Assembly: GCA_028826165.1 (NCBI GenBank)
Contig: JAPDFW010000083.1
Location: 124,001 to 188,000 of the forward strand
Direction of reading: 5' to 3'
Length of the DNA: 64,000 bases
From: Anaeramoeba ignava BMAN
Lineage: Eukaryota > Protista > Anaeramoebae
The position numbers and the translations under genes are program-made. Below the pieces are notes generated by a model that did not search any database, had not been told where the DNA came from, and was given only the letters and a program-made list of their open reading frames with translations. This document shows positions 37,629-52,400 of the stretch, one piece after another (within the stretch, counting starts at the first letter, position 1; the number at the start of each line of letters is the position of its first letter).

Positions 37629-38595
37629 AGTATTTTCATTTAAAAAAAACAAATCAAAACTAAAATAAACTTTCTGTCTTTAAAATTCTAATTAAAAAAA
37701 AAATTTTTCCATTTGTTTTTTTAAATTTTTTTCCATTTGTTTTTTTAAATTTTTTGAAGTGACTGAGTGGCAAAATAGTCTTTGTAGCTGTTTTGGAGAT
37801 TTTAATGTTTGTAAGTTTTGCAAATCAATTGAAGAAAATTGAAATTTTGTTATCTATTATTTATTTTTCCAAAATCCAAAACAAATTAAAAAAAATTAAT
37901 AAAAATTAATAAAAATTCCACAAAAAATTTAATAAAAGGAAATTAATTAAAATAAATTAAAATTAAAATAAATTTAAATTAAAAAGATAAAAAAACAATC
38001 AAATTAAAAAAAAAGGAAATGAATTAAAGATGAATTTTAATCCAATTTAAAGATAAAACAATCTAAAATTAAAATTAAAATTCAACTCATCAAAATTAAA
38101 ACAACATTTTTAAACAATCCAAAAAAAATAATCCAAAATTAAAATTAAAATTAAAATTAAAATTAAAATTAAAATTAAAATTAAAATTAAAATTCATTTA
38201 TAAAATTAAAATTAAAATTAAAATTAAAATTAAAATTAAAATTAAAATTAAAATTAAAATTAAAATTAAAATTAAAATTAAAATTAAAATTAAAATTAAA
38301 ATTAAAATTAAAATTAAAATTAAAATTAAAATTAAAATTAAAATTAAAAGGTATTTGTGGTCTTCTTTGTCCTCCAATTTTAGCTGCAAGAAATAAATCA
38401 GAAGCTGATGAAAGAGAATGTACAGTTTGTGATTGCCTTTGTTGTCCACCAGAATACTTTACAAGACAACAAATAAGATCAAAATATAACTTTGAAACTG
38501 ATACATGTTCTGATTGTCTCGTAATTACTTTTTGTGGATCATGTGCTGCATGTCAAGATGCAAGAGAAATGAAATCTCGAGGAAAAACTCAATAA
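37629..38595 (+). CDS. PLAC8/cornifelin family Cys-rich protein; start codon apparently split by an intron
   Basis: A at 37629, intron 37630-37759, then exons 37760-37810 and 38351-38595. Protein: MTEWQNSLCSCFGDFNVCICGLLCPPILAARNK...TRQQIRSKYNFETDTCSDCLVITFCGSCAACQDAREMK, the PLAC8 pattern (W...LC.CF.D...C, R..IR.KY, DC....C..CA.CQ..RE). Missing from the ORF track. Confidence 0.85.
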
Positions 38596-38881
38596 TTTTC
38601 AATTCCATTTTTTTTTTTGAATTCCACTTTTTTTATTTTTCCTTTTTTTCCTTTTTTTTTTTCCTTACTTTCTAAAATTGAATCAAATCCAAAAAACAAA
38701 GAATTAATTTTTATTTTTATTTTTTATTTTTTATTGAAATTCATTCTATAATTGTTTTGAAAAAAAAATCTAATTTTGTTGTTTTTTTAAAATAAAAAAT
38801 TTTCCCGAATTCCAAAAATTTTGATTTGATTTGCTTTTCTTTTTTGAAAAGAAAAAAAAAGCAAATAAAAATAGAAAATTA

Positions 38882-41800
38882 TCACTTTCTATTTTTATGT
38901 CTTCTAAGTCTTCTTCTTGGTTTATGTTTAATATCGAAAGATTTCCCATCAATTTTCTTTTTATCTTTTTTCATTCTTCTGTCAACAAGTTTAATAACAG
39001 TTTTTCCTTTTCTTTTTTTATTTTTTCCAACTTGAACTGAACCACCTCCTTTTTTAGCAACAACATAAACACGATTAATTTTAGGTTTTTTATTTACAGA
39101 TTTCATTAAGCGTTCTATTTGTCTAATTTTTGATTGTGGAGTTAAATCAGATGATTCTGTAATTGATTTTGCACGTTCTCTAATTTTCTGTAATTTTCTA
39201 AGTGCAACTTTTTTTTTTCTTGCTTTTGCTTCAATAACTTTTTTAATTGGTCTTGAATTAATTTCCATTTGTCTAATTTTCATTTGCAAAATTTCATCTT
39301 TTGTAATTGGAAGTTGTGGTTTATTATGAAGTGATTCTTGATCTCGAAACCATCGTGGAAGATTATCATCATTAAAAGCATATCGATTATATGCTTCATC
39401 AATTAGTTGTGCTTTTGCTTTTTTGTTTGTTATTAAAGATGCAATTGCAAGAGCTTCAGCTGTATCTGGATTTTCAGGATTAATAATTCGAGGGATAGAT
39501 TGTTTGTATAATGATTGAAGATTTTGATTCTCATTTTGATTTTGATTTTCATTTTTTGATTTTGATTTTGATTTTGATTTTGATTTTGATTTTGATTTTC
39601 ATTTTCATTTTCATTTTCATTTTCATTTTCATTTTCATTTTCATTTTCATTTTCATTTTCATTTTCATTTTCATTTTCATTTTCATTTTCATTTTCATTT
39701 TCATTTTCATTTTCATTTTCATTTTCATTTTCATTTTCATTTTCATTTTCATTTTCATTTTCATTTTCATTTTCATATTCATTTTCATTTTCATTTTCAT
39801 TTTCATTTTCATTTTCATTTTCATTTTCATTTTCATTTTCATTTTCATTTTCATTTTCATTTTCATTTTCATTTTCATTTTCATTTTCATTTTCATTTTG
39901 ATTTGCTTGTTTTTCTTTTGCTTGCTTTTTTCTTAAAACTTCTGCCATTTTATGTATTTCTTCATGATCATCAACTCCTCCAAATTGTTTAAAAATAGGA
40001 TTATTAAACCACATTGCAGTTTGTTTTCTTCTATCAATTGTTTTTGGATTTTCATCAAGAAAATCAACAACCATTGGATTTGTTTGTTGAGTTTCATCAT
40101 CATAATCATCATCATCATAATCGTCATCATCATCATCATAATCATATTGATTTTCTGGATTATCTTCATCAACATTTATTTCTCCTGAAACTTGAGGTTG
40201 AAATTCTGGATCTTTTAAATGATAAAACTTTTTCTTTAATTTTTCATGTCGATCTAAATAACGTTCATAAAGTGAATCTAATTCTTGTTCAATTTTTTTT
40301 TCATATTCATCAGAATCTGATATTTCATCCATATCTTTGTCTTCATCAGAATCTTGATCAACAACTTCCCAATGTAATTTATTTGTGTCAATTGTTGATA
40401 AAAATTGCTAAACAATTTTTATAAAATATTTTAATTTTAAATTATTTTAATTTTTATAAATTATTTTAATTTTTATAAATTATTTTAATTTTTATAAATT
40501 ATTTTAATTTTTATAAATTATTTTAATTTTTATAAATTATTTTTTGATTTTTACTTTTTAAATTATTAAGATAATTTTAAAAATTTCTTTTGATCAATTT
40601 TTATAAACATATTTTAATTATAAAATCTTTTTAATTTTTATAAATTATTTTATTTTTATAAATTATTTCTTTGATTTGTTCTTTTGGTTCTTTTTAAGAC
40701 TTCTAACTAAATATTTTTAATTTAAATATTAAATTGAATATTGAATACAAATTAAATATTAAATTGAATATTTTTAATTTAAATATTAAATTGAATATTT
40801 TTAATTTCTTTGAATTAAATATTAAATTGAATATTAAATTGAATATAAATTGAATATTTTTAAATTGAATAAATTGAATATTTTTAATTTGAATATTTTT
40901 AAATTGAATATTTTTAAATTGAATATTTTTAAATTGAATATTTTTAAATTAAATATTAAATTGAATATTTTTAAATTGAATATTAAATTGAATATTAAAT
41001 TGAATATTTTTAATTTGAATATTTTTAAATTGAATATTAAATTGAATATTTTTAATTTGAATATTTTTAATTTGAATATTTTTAAATTGAATATTAAATT
41101 GAATATTTTTTTTACTTCGTTTTGTAAAGCTTGTTCATCATCAATAACTTCTTTATTTAAATCCTCATTCTGATTTTGATTTTCTTCAAGCTTTTTTTCA
41201 TAATCTTCCGTTTGTTTAATTTTTTTCCTCCATCTTAATAAAGTTTTAAAATCTGTTTTTCCAAGAACACCAAGATCTTGACAAAGAATTTTGATTTCAT
41301 CAGTAGTTTCTGGATGTCCAAGATATTTATATGATGTTTCATTTTCAAATAATAATGTATGATATCTTGCAAGAAAATCTGCTGGTTTTTCCGAATTAAT
41401 AAATTCAGAAACTGGTGTTCTTTTATAAAGACTAAGTAATCCATCTTCATAACCTTGTCTGTTTCTTTGCTTTTTCTTTGGCTAAAGTTGATTTAATTTA
41501 AAATATAATTTAATTTAAAATAGATTTAATTTAAAATTGATTTAATTTAAAATATATTTAATTTAAAATATATTTAATTTAAAATATATTTAATTTAAAA
41601 TAGATTTAATTTAAAATAGATTTAATTTAAAATAGATTTAATTTAAAATATATTTAATTTAAAATTGATTTAATTTAAAATAGATTTAATTTAAAATAGA
41701 TTTAATTTAAAATAGATTTAATTTAAAATAGATTTAATTTAAAATAGATTTAATTTAAAATAAATTTAATTTAAAATTGATTTAATTTAAAATAGATTTA

Positions 41801-43387
41801 ATTTAAAATTGATTTAATTTAAAGTTGATTTAATTTAAAATAAATTTAATTTAAAATAAATTTAATTTAAAATAGATTTAATTTAAAATAGATTTAATTT
41901 AAAGTTGATTTAATTTAAAATTGATTTAATTTAAAATAGATTTAATTTAAAATAGATTTAATTTAAAATAGATTTAATTTAAAATAGATTTAATTTAAAA
42001 TAGATTTAATTTAAAATAGATTTTAAAATTGATTTACTTTAGAAAGAACATTTAATGTCTTTCCTGCTTCAATTTGCTCAAAAATAAATTTAGGTTCAAA
42101 AAATTTTGGATCAATTTTTTTTGGAGCAAGAAAATCTCGACAAATAACATAAATTTCTGCAGAAGTTTGTCTACTTGCTTTAGGTTTAGTTGCTTCAACA
42201 TGTTGAAAAAGTTGATGACAAACCCAAGTAAAACTATTATAATCTTGAGAACGAAAAACCTTTGTAACAAAAACACCTAAAATATTTTAAATTCAATATT
42301 TTATTTTAAATTCAATATTTTATTTTAAATTCAATATTTTATTTTAAATTCAATATTATATTTTAAATTCAATATTATATTTTAAATTCAATATTATATT
42401 TTAAATTCAATATTTTTACCTCCTTTTCTTAAAAATTCACTAGCAAGTTTTAATGCATGAAGTGATAATTCAGATTGACTGTATGCATCTTTAAGCCATG
42501 AAGCACCAACATTAGGTGATCCATCATTCAAAACTCTATAAATATTTAAATTAATATTTTATAATTAATATTTAAATTAATATTTAAATTAATATTTTAA
42601 ATTAATATTTTAAATTAATATTTTAAATTAATATTTAAATTAATATTGAAATTAATATTTAAATTAATATTTTAAATTAATATTTTAAATTAATATTTAA
42701 ATTAATATTGAAATTAATATTTAAATTAATATTTAAATTAATATTTAAATTAATATTTAAATTAAATATTTTAAATTAATATTTTAAATTAATATTTACA
42801 CATCAACTTTCCAATCATGAAAATATTTCCTTAAAGCTGTTCTACATGATGGTGTTGTAATATCTTCAGTAATTGAAATAACTCCTTGAATTGGTTTAAT
42901 AGGAACTAAATCTACTGCAACAATAAGACTACTAACTGGCATATATTTATATGCAACTTGTGACCTTTTATAATTTAAATTAAAATTATAATTAAAATTA
43001 AAATTAAAATTAAATTTAAAATTAGAATTAAAATTAGAATTAAAATTAAAATTAAAATTAAAATTAAAATTAAAATTAAAATTAAAAATTAAATTAAAAT
43101 TAAAATTAAAATTAAAATTAAAATTAAAATTAAAATTAAAATTAAAATTAGAATTAAAATTAATATTAGAATTAAAATTAAAATTAAAATTAAAATTAAA
43201 ATATTAATTACCAACCACCAGGTGCAGCACAAAGATCAATTAAAGTTGTAGAAGAAGAAAGAAAATCATATACTCTATTAAGTTGAATCAATTTAAAAGC
43301 AGCTCTAGATCGAAATCCTTGTTCTTTTGCAAGTTGATAATATTTATCTTTTCTTGATTTTCCTTTTGCTTTTCGATTTTGTGACAT
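38882..43387 (-). CDS. SPB1: Pre-rRNA 2'-O-ribose methyltransferase Spb1/FTSJ3
   Basis: ATG at 43387. [83 protein letters not shown], and C-terminal [16 protein letters not shown]...[10 protein letters not shown]. The middle exon (~40430-40700) and the EN repeat look corrupted or frameshifted. Confidence 0.95.
41485..42030. repeat. Intronic 16-bp minisatellite (AATTTAAAATAGATTT)n
   Basis: Lies within an SPB1 intron. Confidence 0.88.
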
Positions 43388-43493
43388 TTTTTAAAAAGAA
43401 AAAAATGAAAAAAAATAATTTTTTTTTAATTTAAATTTTTCATTTTTTTTTTATTTTTTTTTTTAATTTTTCCTTTTTTTTTATTATTTGGAA
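43388..43493. promoter_or_regulatory. 106-bp bidirectional promoter between SPB1 and the BEACH gene, with TTTTCATTTT (Inr-like) elements on both strands
   Basis: Divergent ATGs at 43387 (-) and 43494 (+). AAAAATGAAAA occurs at ~43402 and TTTTCATTTTT at ~43437. Confidence 0.55.
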
Positions 43494-46400
43494 ATGTCAA
43501 AACTTTCTCAAGTTCTTTCTAAACTTAAACAAAAGAAAAAATTACCATTAATTCCAAAATATCTCACTAAAATAAAAGATATTGCTCATTTTGAAAAAAA
43601 TTCTGAAAACGGTGAAGCACTTCAAAAACTTTGGAATAAACGTGAAAAAGTAATTTTTAAATCTTAAATTAATATTAAAATTATAATTTATATTAAAATT
43701 AATATTAAAATTAAAAAAATTTTAAATTAAAATTAAAATTAAAATTTTTATTTTAAAATTAAAATTAAAATTAAAATTAATATTAAAATTAAAATTAAAA
43801 TTAAAAATTAATATTAATATTAAAATTAAAATTAAAATTAAAATTAATATCAAAAATAATTAAAAAAATTAAAATTAAAATTAAAATTAAAATTATAATC
43901 TAATATTAAAATTATAATTAAATTAAACTTTGGAATAAATATTAAAATTAAAATTAAAATTAAAATTCATTATAAAATTAAAATTAATATTAATATTAAA
44001 ATTAAAATTAAAATTAAAATTAAAATTAAAATTAAAATTAAAATTAAAAATTAAAATTAAAATTAAAATTAAAATTAAAATTAAAATTAATATTAAAATT
44101 AAAATTAAAATTAAAATTAAAATTAAAATTAAATTAAAATTAAAATTAAAATTAAAATTAAAATTAAAATTAAAATTAAAATTAAAATTATTAAAATTAA
44201 AAATTAAAATTAAAATTAAAATTAAATTAAAATTTAAAATTAAAATTAAAATTAATATTAAAATTAAAATTAAAATTAAAATTAATTTAAAATTAAAATT
44301 ATAATTAAAATTAAAATTAAAATTAAACTTAAATTTAAACTTAAATTTAAAATTAAAATTAATTCAAAAATTTCAGATTAATTCTCAAAAATGGTTCAAA
44401 TCTTTTGGACAACTTGTTTTAGAAAGTTATTCTGATTGGAATCCTCAAAACAATTATCAAAGAGTTAAACTTAAAAAGAAAAAATATCGAGAACAAATTT
44501 TAAAACAAAATTTAGGACATCCAATTTCATTTCTTTGTCAAATTTCAGAAACACTTACTTTACTTTATAAAACATTAGAACAATATTTAAATCTAGAAGA
44601 AAACGATCCAAATTTTTTACACAATTTACAAAATTCTCAATTTTATGCAAATATTATTTTGAAACTAATCTCAATTCTTTCTCGATCAACTTTTAATAGA
44701 GATGTTTTTTTAGAACTTCCTATTTTTCCAACTTTAACAGAAATTTCTAGATTATTATTATTTGATTTGGAAAAAACTGTTTTGAATGTAATTAAAATAT
44801 ATATTTTTTCAAAACAAAATTCATTTTATTTTTTTGACACTTTTTTTTTTTGATTTTTAATTTAATTTTTAGAAAATGAACACAAATAGTTTATCAACTG
44901 AAAATCGAATTTTAGTATCTTATTTCATTATTAGTGAAGTTAATGAAATTATTTCAATTTTTTTAAATCATGAATTTTTAAAATCGAAAAATAAATCAAT
45001 ATCAAAAATTTTAGATTCTGATCTTGTTAATATTTTACTTGGTAAATTATTTATTTATTATTTATTATTTATTATTTATTATTTATTATTTATTATTTAT
45101 TTATTTATTATTTATTTATTTATTATTTATTATTTATTTATTATTTATTTATTATTTATTTATTTATTTATTTATTATTATTTAGGGTTCTTTTATTATT
45201 CAATTAAAATTCATAATCCTCAAAATTCTTTACATAATTCTCTTGCTTTAAGTTTAATTCATATTTTCAATGAATTTTCTCAAAAAAATTTACTAAATTT
45301 CTGGCAAAGAATAAGTGTTTTCAAAATTGTACTTGAAAAATTTCCAAAAAAAAAAAGAAATAGAAACAAGATCAAAAAACAAGAAAGTACATTACAAAAT
45401 CAAATTGAAAATCAAATTAAAATGAGTCTACAAAATGAAAATGAAAATGAAAATAATGAAAATAATGAAAATCAAAATCAAAATGAAAATCAAAATGAAA
45501 ATGAAAATGCAAAATGAAAATCAAAATCAAAATCAAAATCAAAATGAAAATCAAAATCAAAATCAAAATCAAAATCAAAATCAAAATCAAAATCAAAATC
45601 AAAATCAAAATCAAAATCAAAATGAAAATCAAAATGAAAATCAAAATGAAAATCAAAATCAAAATCAAAATGAAAATCAAAATCAAAATGAAAATCAAAA
45701 TCAAAATGAAAATCAAAATCAAAATCAAAATGAAAATGAAAATGAAAATGAAAATCAAAATCAAAATGAAAATCAAAATCAAAATGAAAATCAAAATCAA
45801 AATCAAAATCAAAATGAAAATCAAAATGAAAATCAAAAATGAAAATGAAAATCAAAATGAAAATCAAAATCAAAATGAAAATGAAAATGAAAATGAAAAT
45901 GAAAATGAAAATGAAAATGAAAATGAAAATGAAAATCAAAATGAAAATGAAAATCAAAATGAAAATGAAAATGAAAATGAAAATGAAAATGAAAATGAAA
46001 ATGAAAATCAAAATCAAAATCAAAATCAAAATCAAAATCAAAATCAAAATCAAAATCAAAATCAAAATCAAAATCAAAATGAAAATGAAAATGAAAATCA
46101 AAATAATGGAAATCAAAATCAAAATCAAAATCAAAATGAAAATCGAAATAATAATAATAATAAAGAGAATCAAATTGAAATTGAAGATGATGGGATTGAA
46201 GATGAAATTAAAATTAAAAATAAAAATAAAAATAAAAATATAAATGAAATTGAAATGGAAAATGAAATTGAAATTGAAAATGAAATTGAAATTGAAAATG
46301 GAAATCAAAATATAAATCAAAATCAAAATCAAAATCAAAATCAAAATATAAATCAAAATCAAATTGGAAATCAAATTGGAATTGAAAATGAATATAGTGA

Positions 46401-49400
46401 ATTTGATGAATTTGATGAATTTGATCAAATCGAAATGAGCGAAATTGCATTTCTTGAATCTAATAATACAAAAATTAACAAAATTGATATTTCAAATGAA
46501 AATATTAAATTAGAAAAACCAACAAAAATAGGAGCAAAGGATTTTTATCAAAAAGAATTTCATTTTATAATAAATGCATTACAATTTATTCAATCATCAC
46601 TTCAATTTTCACAAACAAACCCAAAAGAACAAATTTTCCAACAAAAAAAACTCGAATTTGGAACGGCAAATTCACCAAAATTTTTCGCATTATCTAATTT
46701 CATTTTATGGTTGAGTTTATTCATTTTACCTCCAAAAAAAGAACTTGAAAACGAAAAACAAAAAGATTCAATTTATCAATCCAAAATTAGTAACATTAAT
46801 CAAAAACAAAAACAAAAACAAAAACAAAAACAAAAAGTTACTAAATTTTTTTTCTTTTTATTAAAAGAACCAAAACTTCCTCAAAATATCCCAATAGAAA
46901 TTGGCGAAATTGAGAAAAAACCCCAAAGATCCTTTTCTCAACTTCTTCAATTTGAATCAAAAAATCCATTTTTAGATCAAATATTTGAAAATTTAACAGA
47001 TCTTGTAATTGAAAGTGGAAAAAGAGAAGAAATATCGAATAATCTTGATAACAATTTAAAAAATTTTGGATCTAATTGTAAATTTTCAAATTTAAAAGAT
47101 GCAATTCTTTCAATCACTTTATCATTATTCACACATAAAAGAATTATTTATGGAGTTAAATTTCCACAGGCTCTCCACAATAGAGAACCCTTTATACAAA
47201 TATATGTGATCAAGTTTCTTATTAAAACACTTAGTGTTGATACTTATCCTTTTTTGAAAAGGAATAACATTGAAAATATTTTATTTTCAGAAAATTTCTT
47301 CTCTTTTCAACAAAGTGTAAATAAGATGATTTAAAATGATTATTTTTTCAATCAAAAAAAAAATATATCTTTTAACTTCAATTTATTTTTAAACAAAAAA
47401 AAAAGGATTCAAATGATTTGCTTGAAAAAGGAAGAATGGATTTGTTCCAGGCAATTATCTCTCAAAAAAAACATTCCAAAGACGCAATTAGTGGGTTATT
47501 CAATATTTTAATAACTTATCAAGAAAATTTCAAAACACTTTTATCAATATTGAATATTCTTCATTTTTCAATTCCTCAAATCAAATTATTAACTTTGGAG
47601 CTTTATCAAAATGGAGATTTTTCAATTCTTGTTGATTTCATTGATTTGTTTAAAAATAAAAAATGCACTCAAGAAAACGCCAATCTTTTAATTGAGATCA
47701 GATACAAATCATTCCAAATATTATCTTGTTTTTTACTTGATGAGCAAATTTGGAAATTTTTTATACAAAATAGAGCATTGATTTCTTTATTAATAAGCTT
47801 TTTTTTTGAGCCAGAAATAGAAGATTTTGCAAAATTCCATCTTCAGTCATTTTTAAAAATTAGTCAGAAACATCGCAATACTCATGATAATATTAACACA
47901 AACATCATCATTATTGAATTTGTTAAATCACTTGAAGAAATTAAAAAATTGATTGAAAAATCAGAAGATTTCGCAAAACAGAATGTTTATTTACAAATTT
48001 TAATGCAAATTCAATTCATAATCACTCAAGCAATTTACGATCAAAATTCAACCAAATTCATACAAAACCAATTTGCAATTCATGGGATATTTTCTGTACT
48101 GTTTGATATATTGAGTATTTGTTTGCCTCATTTTGATATTGCTTATAGAACACTCATGTTTTTGAATGATTTATTGAGACAAAACCGAAAACTTACAATT
48201 TTTTTCGAAAAAAAGGCTGGGTTTTTTAAGCTTCAAACAAATTTGATTCAACTCCAATCCGAAGAATATGGCCAAAAAATACTCAATCTTTGCATTCAAT
48301 TTCTCACATATTCTCAAAATATTATGATTATCGAAAAACCGCAAATGATCCCATTAATTTTTTCGGTTTTCACAAACTTTTTGTTTGAAGAAATTCACTC
48401 AAAAAAACCGAATTCAAAAGCAAAAACACAAATCCAAAAAACAAACAATCCATCACAAGAATTTCATATCGATTTTTTAGGACAAATTTTGGATCTTTTC
48501 TCAGCAATTTGCAAATCAAATTATCATAACATTACCTGTTGTATGCAGGGGAATTTAATATTTCGTGTTTCTCAAATTCTTCCTATTCTATTCGAACTCA
48601 ATAAAAATATTCTTGTCGATAAATCCTTGAAATTAATTGTAACGGTTGGTGAATTTGGATATTCGTTCCATGACTTCCGAATTGTAATGAATATGATGGG
48701 CATGCTTTCCAAATACAATTCATTAACATTTTTTAACACGTTACTTGATTTATTTATCGACCACTTTTCTCTTAAAAATCATCATTTCGAAAAATTTTTT
48801 GATTTTCATGGCAAAAATACTTGTATTGTTATTCCCAAAATTTCAAAATGGCCAACAAATGGTTTTTCATTTTGCTTATGGTTTCGGCTACAATTTTTTG
48901 ATGCCAAAAAGAGATATTATTTGATTCATTTTCGAAATTCAGCAAATGAAAGATTTGAAGTTTATTTTGAACAACATAAAAATGAAAATGAAGATGAAAA
49001 TGAAAATGAAAATCAAAATCAAAATCAAAATCAAAATCAAAATCAAAATCAAAATCAAAATCAAAATCAAAATCAAAATCAAAATCAAAATGAAAATAAA
49101 AATCAAAATGAAAATCAAAATCAAAATGAAAATCAAAATCAAAATCAAAATCAAAATGAAAATCAAAATCAAAATGAAAATCAAAATGAAAATCAAAATC
49201 AAGAAAACATCTCAATTGATTTAGTATATAATTGCAAAACTTCTTCTTTTAATGAAACTAAAACATTCATAATCCAATTCACTTTGAATACTTGGCAGTT
49301 TTTGTGTATTACAATGAAAAACAAAAAAAGATCTTTTTCTCCTTTAAAAGTTTTTCTTTGCAAACAATCCAATTCTATTTCTATCGGTGAAAAACTATCA

Positions 49401-52400
49401 AAATACCCAAATTTTACACACGAACTTAATCACAACATTATTGGAGCAAAATTCCCTTCAGAATTATCATCCTCCAGTTTACTAAATACAACTGATAATT
49501 TTGTTGGGCAAATCAAATCTTTTAGCTTTTTTTCAAATTATATAAATCATGACAAACTTCAATTTCTTCTTAAAAATCCCAAAAAGAAAAAACTGCCAGT
49601 TTCACCACTTTCATCTTCAAGAAAACCCGTTTTTATTTATCATTTCGATGCTGTTGGCTCAGATTCTTTGTATTGTTATAACCAAATTTCTTCAGAAAAT
49701 CAAAAAACAGAAAAAAACGCAAAATTAATTGGGATATACAAGTTCAATCATTATTTCATTCATAAAACATTTGCTTCCCACGGAGGAATTCAATTGATAA
49801 TTCCTTTCTTGTTTTTTGATCATAAAGGAATTAGTCGTGATTTCCACTTGAAATCCCTTAATTTAATTTCTTCTCTATTAACACACAACAACAAACTGTG
49901 GGATGAATTCGAAAAATCAATGGGATTTTCAGCAATTTCTCATTTGCTTATGGAAATAAAACCATCACTATTATTAGATGAATTTATTTATCCTTTTTAT
50001 CAAATTTCAAATACAATCTCTTCAAATTATTCTTTATTCCAACATTTTTTCCAATTTATTCTTATCAATTTCGAAATCTGGCGCAAATCTTCTTCGCAAC
50101 TACAACTCAGTATCCTCAATTTGCTGGATGAATCTGTTAAGAATCACATCCATCTCTTCAACTGTTCTCAATTCATATTTATTCTTATGAATTATTATTT
50201 GGAGCCAAAAGAATCGTTTAATTTTGATTCAAAGAACGATGCAATTATTGTTCGCAAAATATATAAATGCATCATCTCTATTATAAATCTAGATAGTGCC
50301 CAAATAATACATCTTATTCAAGCTTCTTTGGCAATAAAAAATAAATCTTTCTTGCGCGAAGTTATGGAGATTATAAGCCATTTTCTTTCTACATCCCCAA
50401 ATACCTATCTCAATTTTTTTAAAAGCAATCAATACTTTTTCCCTTTTATTGAAAATTTAAACATTTCAGATGATTCAATAAGAGAAAACTCTCTTTATAT
50501 CATCTTTCTTTTATACAAAAACAGTATAAGATTTTCTCTTTCAAATGAAGATTTTTTCAATCTTGATTCTCAAAAATTTCAATTAATTCATTCATATCTT
50601 GCTAAATATCCTTTAACTTTCAAAATTTCAGAAACTATCTTTCGAATTTTATTTCTTGAAAAAGAAAAGAGGAAAAACAAACAGAAATTTTTAAGAAAAT
50701 TCCAATTTTTTGATCCTCTCCAAAGTTTGTTTAATTTGATATTTATAAATCAAAATATTATTGGTTTTTATTCTTTAGAAAAAATACTCATAAATATTGA
50801 GAATAATCCAATTAATCAAGAAATTTTCAAAAAATTATTTAAATGGAAAAAGATGTTATTTGAATTAATTAATGATGAGGAATTAGAAGTAATTATTCAA
50901 GAAAGAATTATTCAAAATGAAAATGAAAATGAAAATGAAAATGATGAAAATGATGAAAATCAAAATCAAAATCAAAATGAAAATCAAAATCAAAATGAAA
51001 ATCAAAATAAAAATGAAAATCAAAATGAAAATCAAAATCAAAAAATTCAAAATCAAAATCAAAATGAAAATAATCAAAATCAAAATCAAAATAATCAAAA
51101 TAATGAAAATATTATTATTACTAATACTCAAAAAGAAAACTTCATAAATATGCATATTAATAATAATATTAATACCGATAGTGATAATTTTACTGATAAT
51201 GAAACTGAAACTGAAAATGAAAATGAAAATGAAAATGATCTTTTTTTTGGATTCAAAGAGATAAATTTTAATGATTTAAATCAAAACCAAAACCAAAACC
51301 AAAAACGCACTTCATATCGATTTACATCAATTGCATTCAAATTTTTTAAATCATTATTTGTGAATTCATTTATAAACGAACCAAAAGCAAACAATTTTCT
51401 CAACAAAATATTGAGATTCTTGAATTTTTCCAAACATCAAACACTTAAACAAAGAAAAATTACATTTGTTATTTTATTTGATCTAATTTCTAGCTTAAAA
51501 GAATACACTTTTAACAAATCAAACAATGATTTGAGTGTGATTCAAAATTTACTGATAAATTATAACAAAGAAATGCAGAACAATATCACAAAATTATTCG
51601 ATATAATTGATTTGTTTGTATTCCTTTCCTCAAAAAATATATCACCATTACCAAATAAGAAAATAAATTCACCTCAAGAATCTCCATCAAAACAAAATTT
51701 AAGCTCATCAATTCTCCCCAAAATCAAAAAAGAACCATTTGAAAAAATTATTCTAAATGAATTCATTCAACTTCTTAATTCTCTTGGATTTTTTTTCCAA
51801 AATGGATTTTCTTTTACAAATCCAGAAAAAGAACAACTCATAATTCAATTAGTTTTTGAATTTATTTTCAAGTTAACAGAGCATTCACTTTACGAGCAAC
51901 TCAATCTTATCCCAACACTACATTTTATTTATATTAGCAAAATCAAAGAAGGAATTTTTGTTAATTCGCTTGTGCTTGAGATACTATCAAATATTATGTT
52001 TATTCTTATAAATGATATCCGAACCTCTCAAATAAAAAATGAATATAGTTATAAACATACTCGAAATATTAAAATTATTTTCAGTGTTCTTCAACACATA
52101 ATCACAACAAACTACCAATTCTTTCGCAAATTTTTCGAAAGAGAAAATCAAATACTTGATTTTTTCACACAAATTACTAGTTTTAAATTTGATTCTCTCC
52201 AGATATTTGAAATCATTAATCATTTTGATTTCGATAATTTCCATAAAAAATATAGTCAAAAAATTCTTTCAAAAAGAAAGCAAAAAAAAATCTTTCACTT
52301 CGAAAAATTGTTACAGGCAAAATATGCACCGAAAATCAAAGATACAAATAAAAACGAAAAATTATCGAATAATCGCTATAACGATTATTATCATTATTCT

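Noticed and set aside
40420-40710. Unusual splicing or a truncated exon in the middle of SPB1
   Set aside because: The exon begins normally (LEVLKRTKR) and then dissolves into repeat-like sequence. SPB1 is essential, so local misassembly is the more parsimonious explanation.
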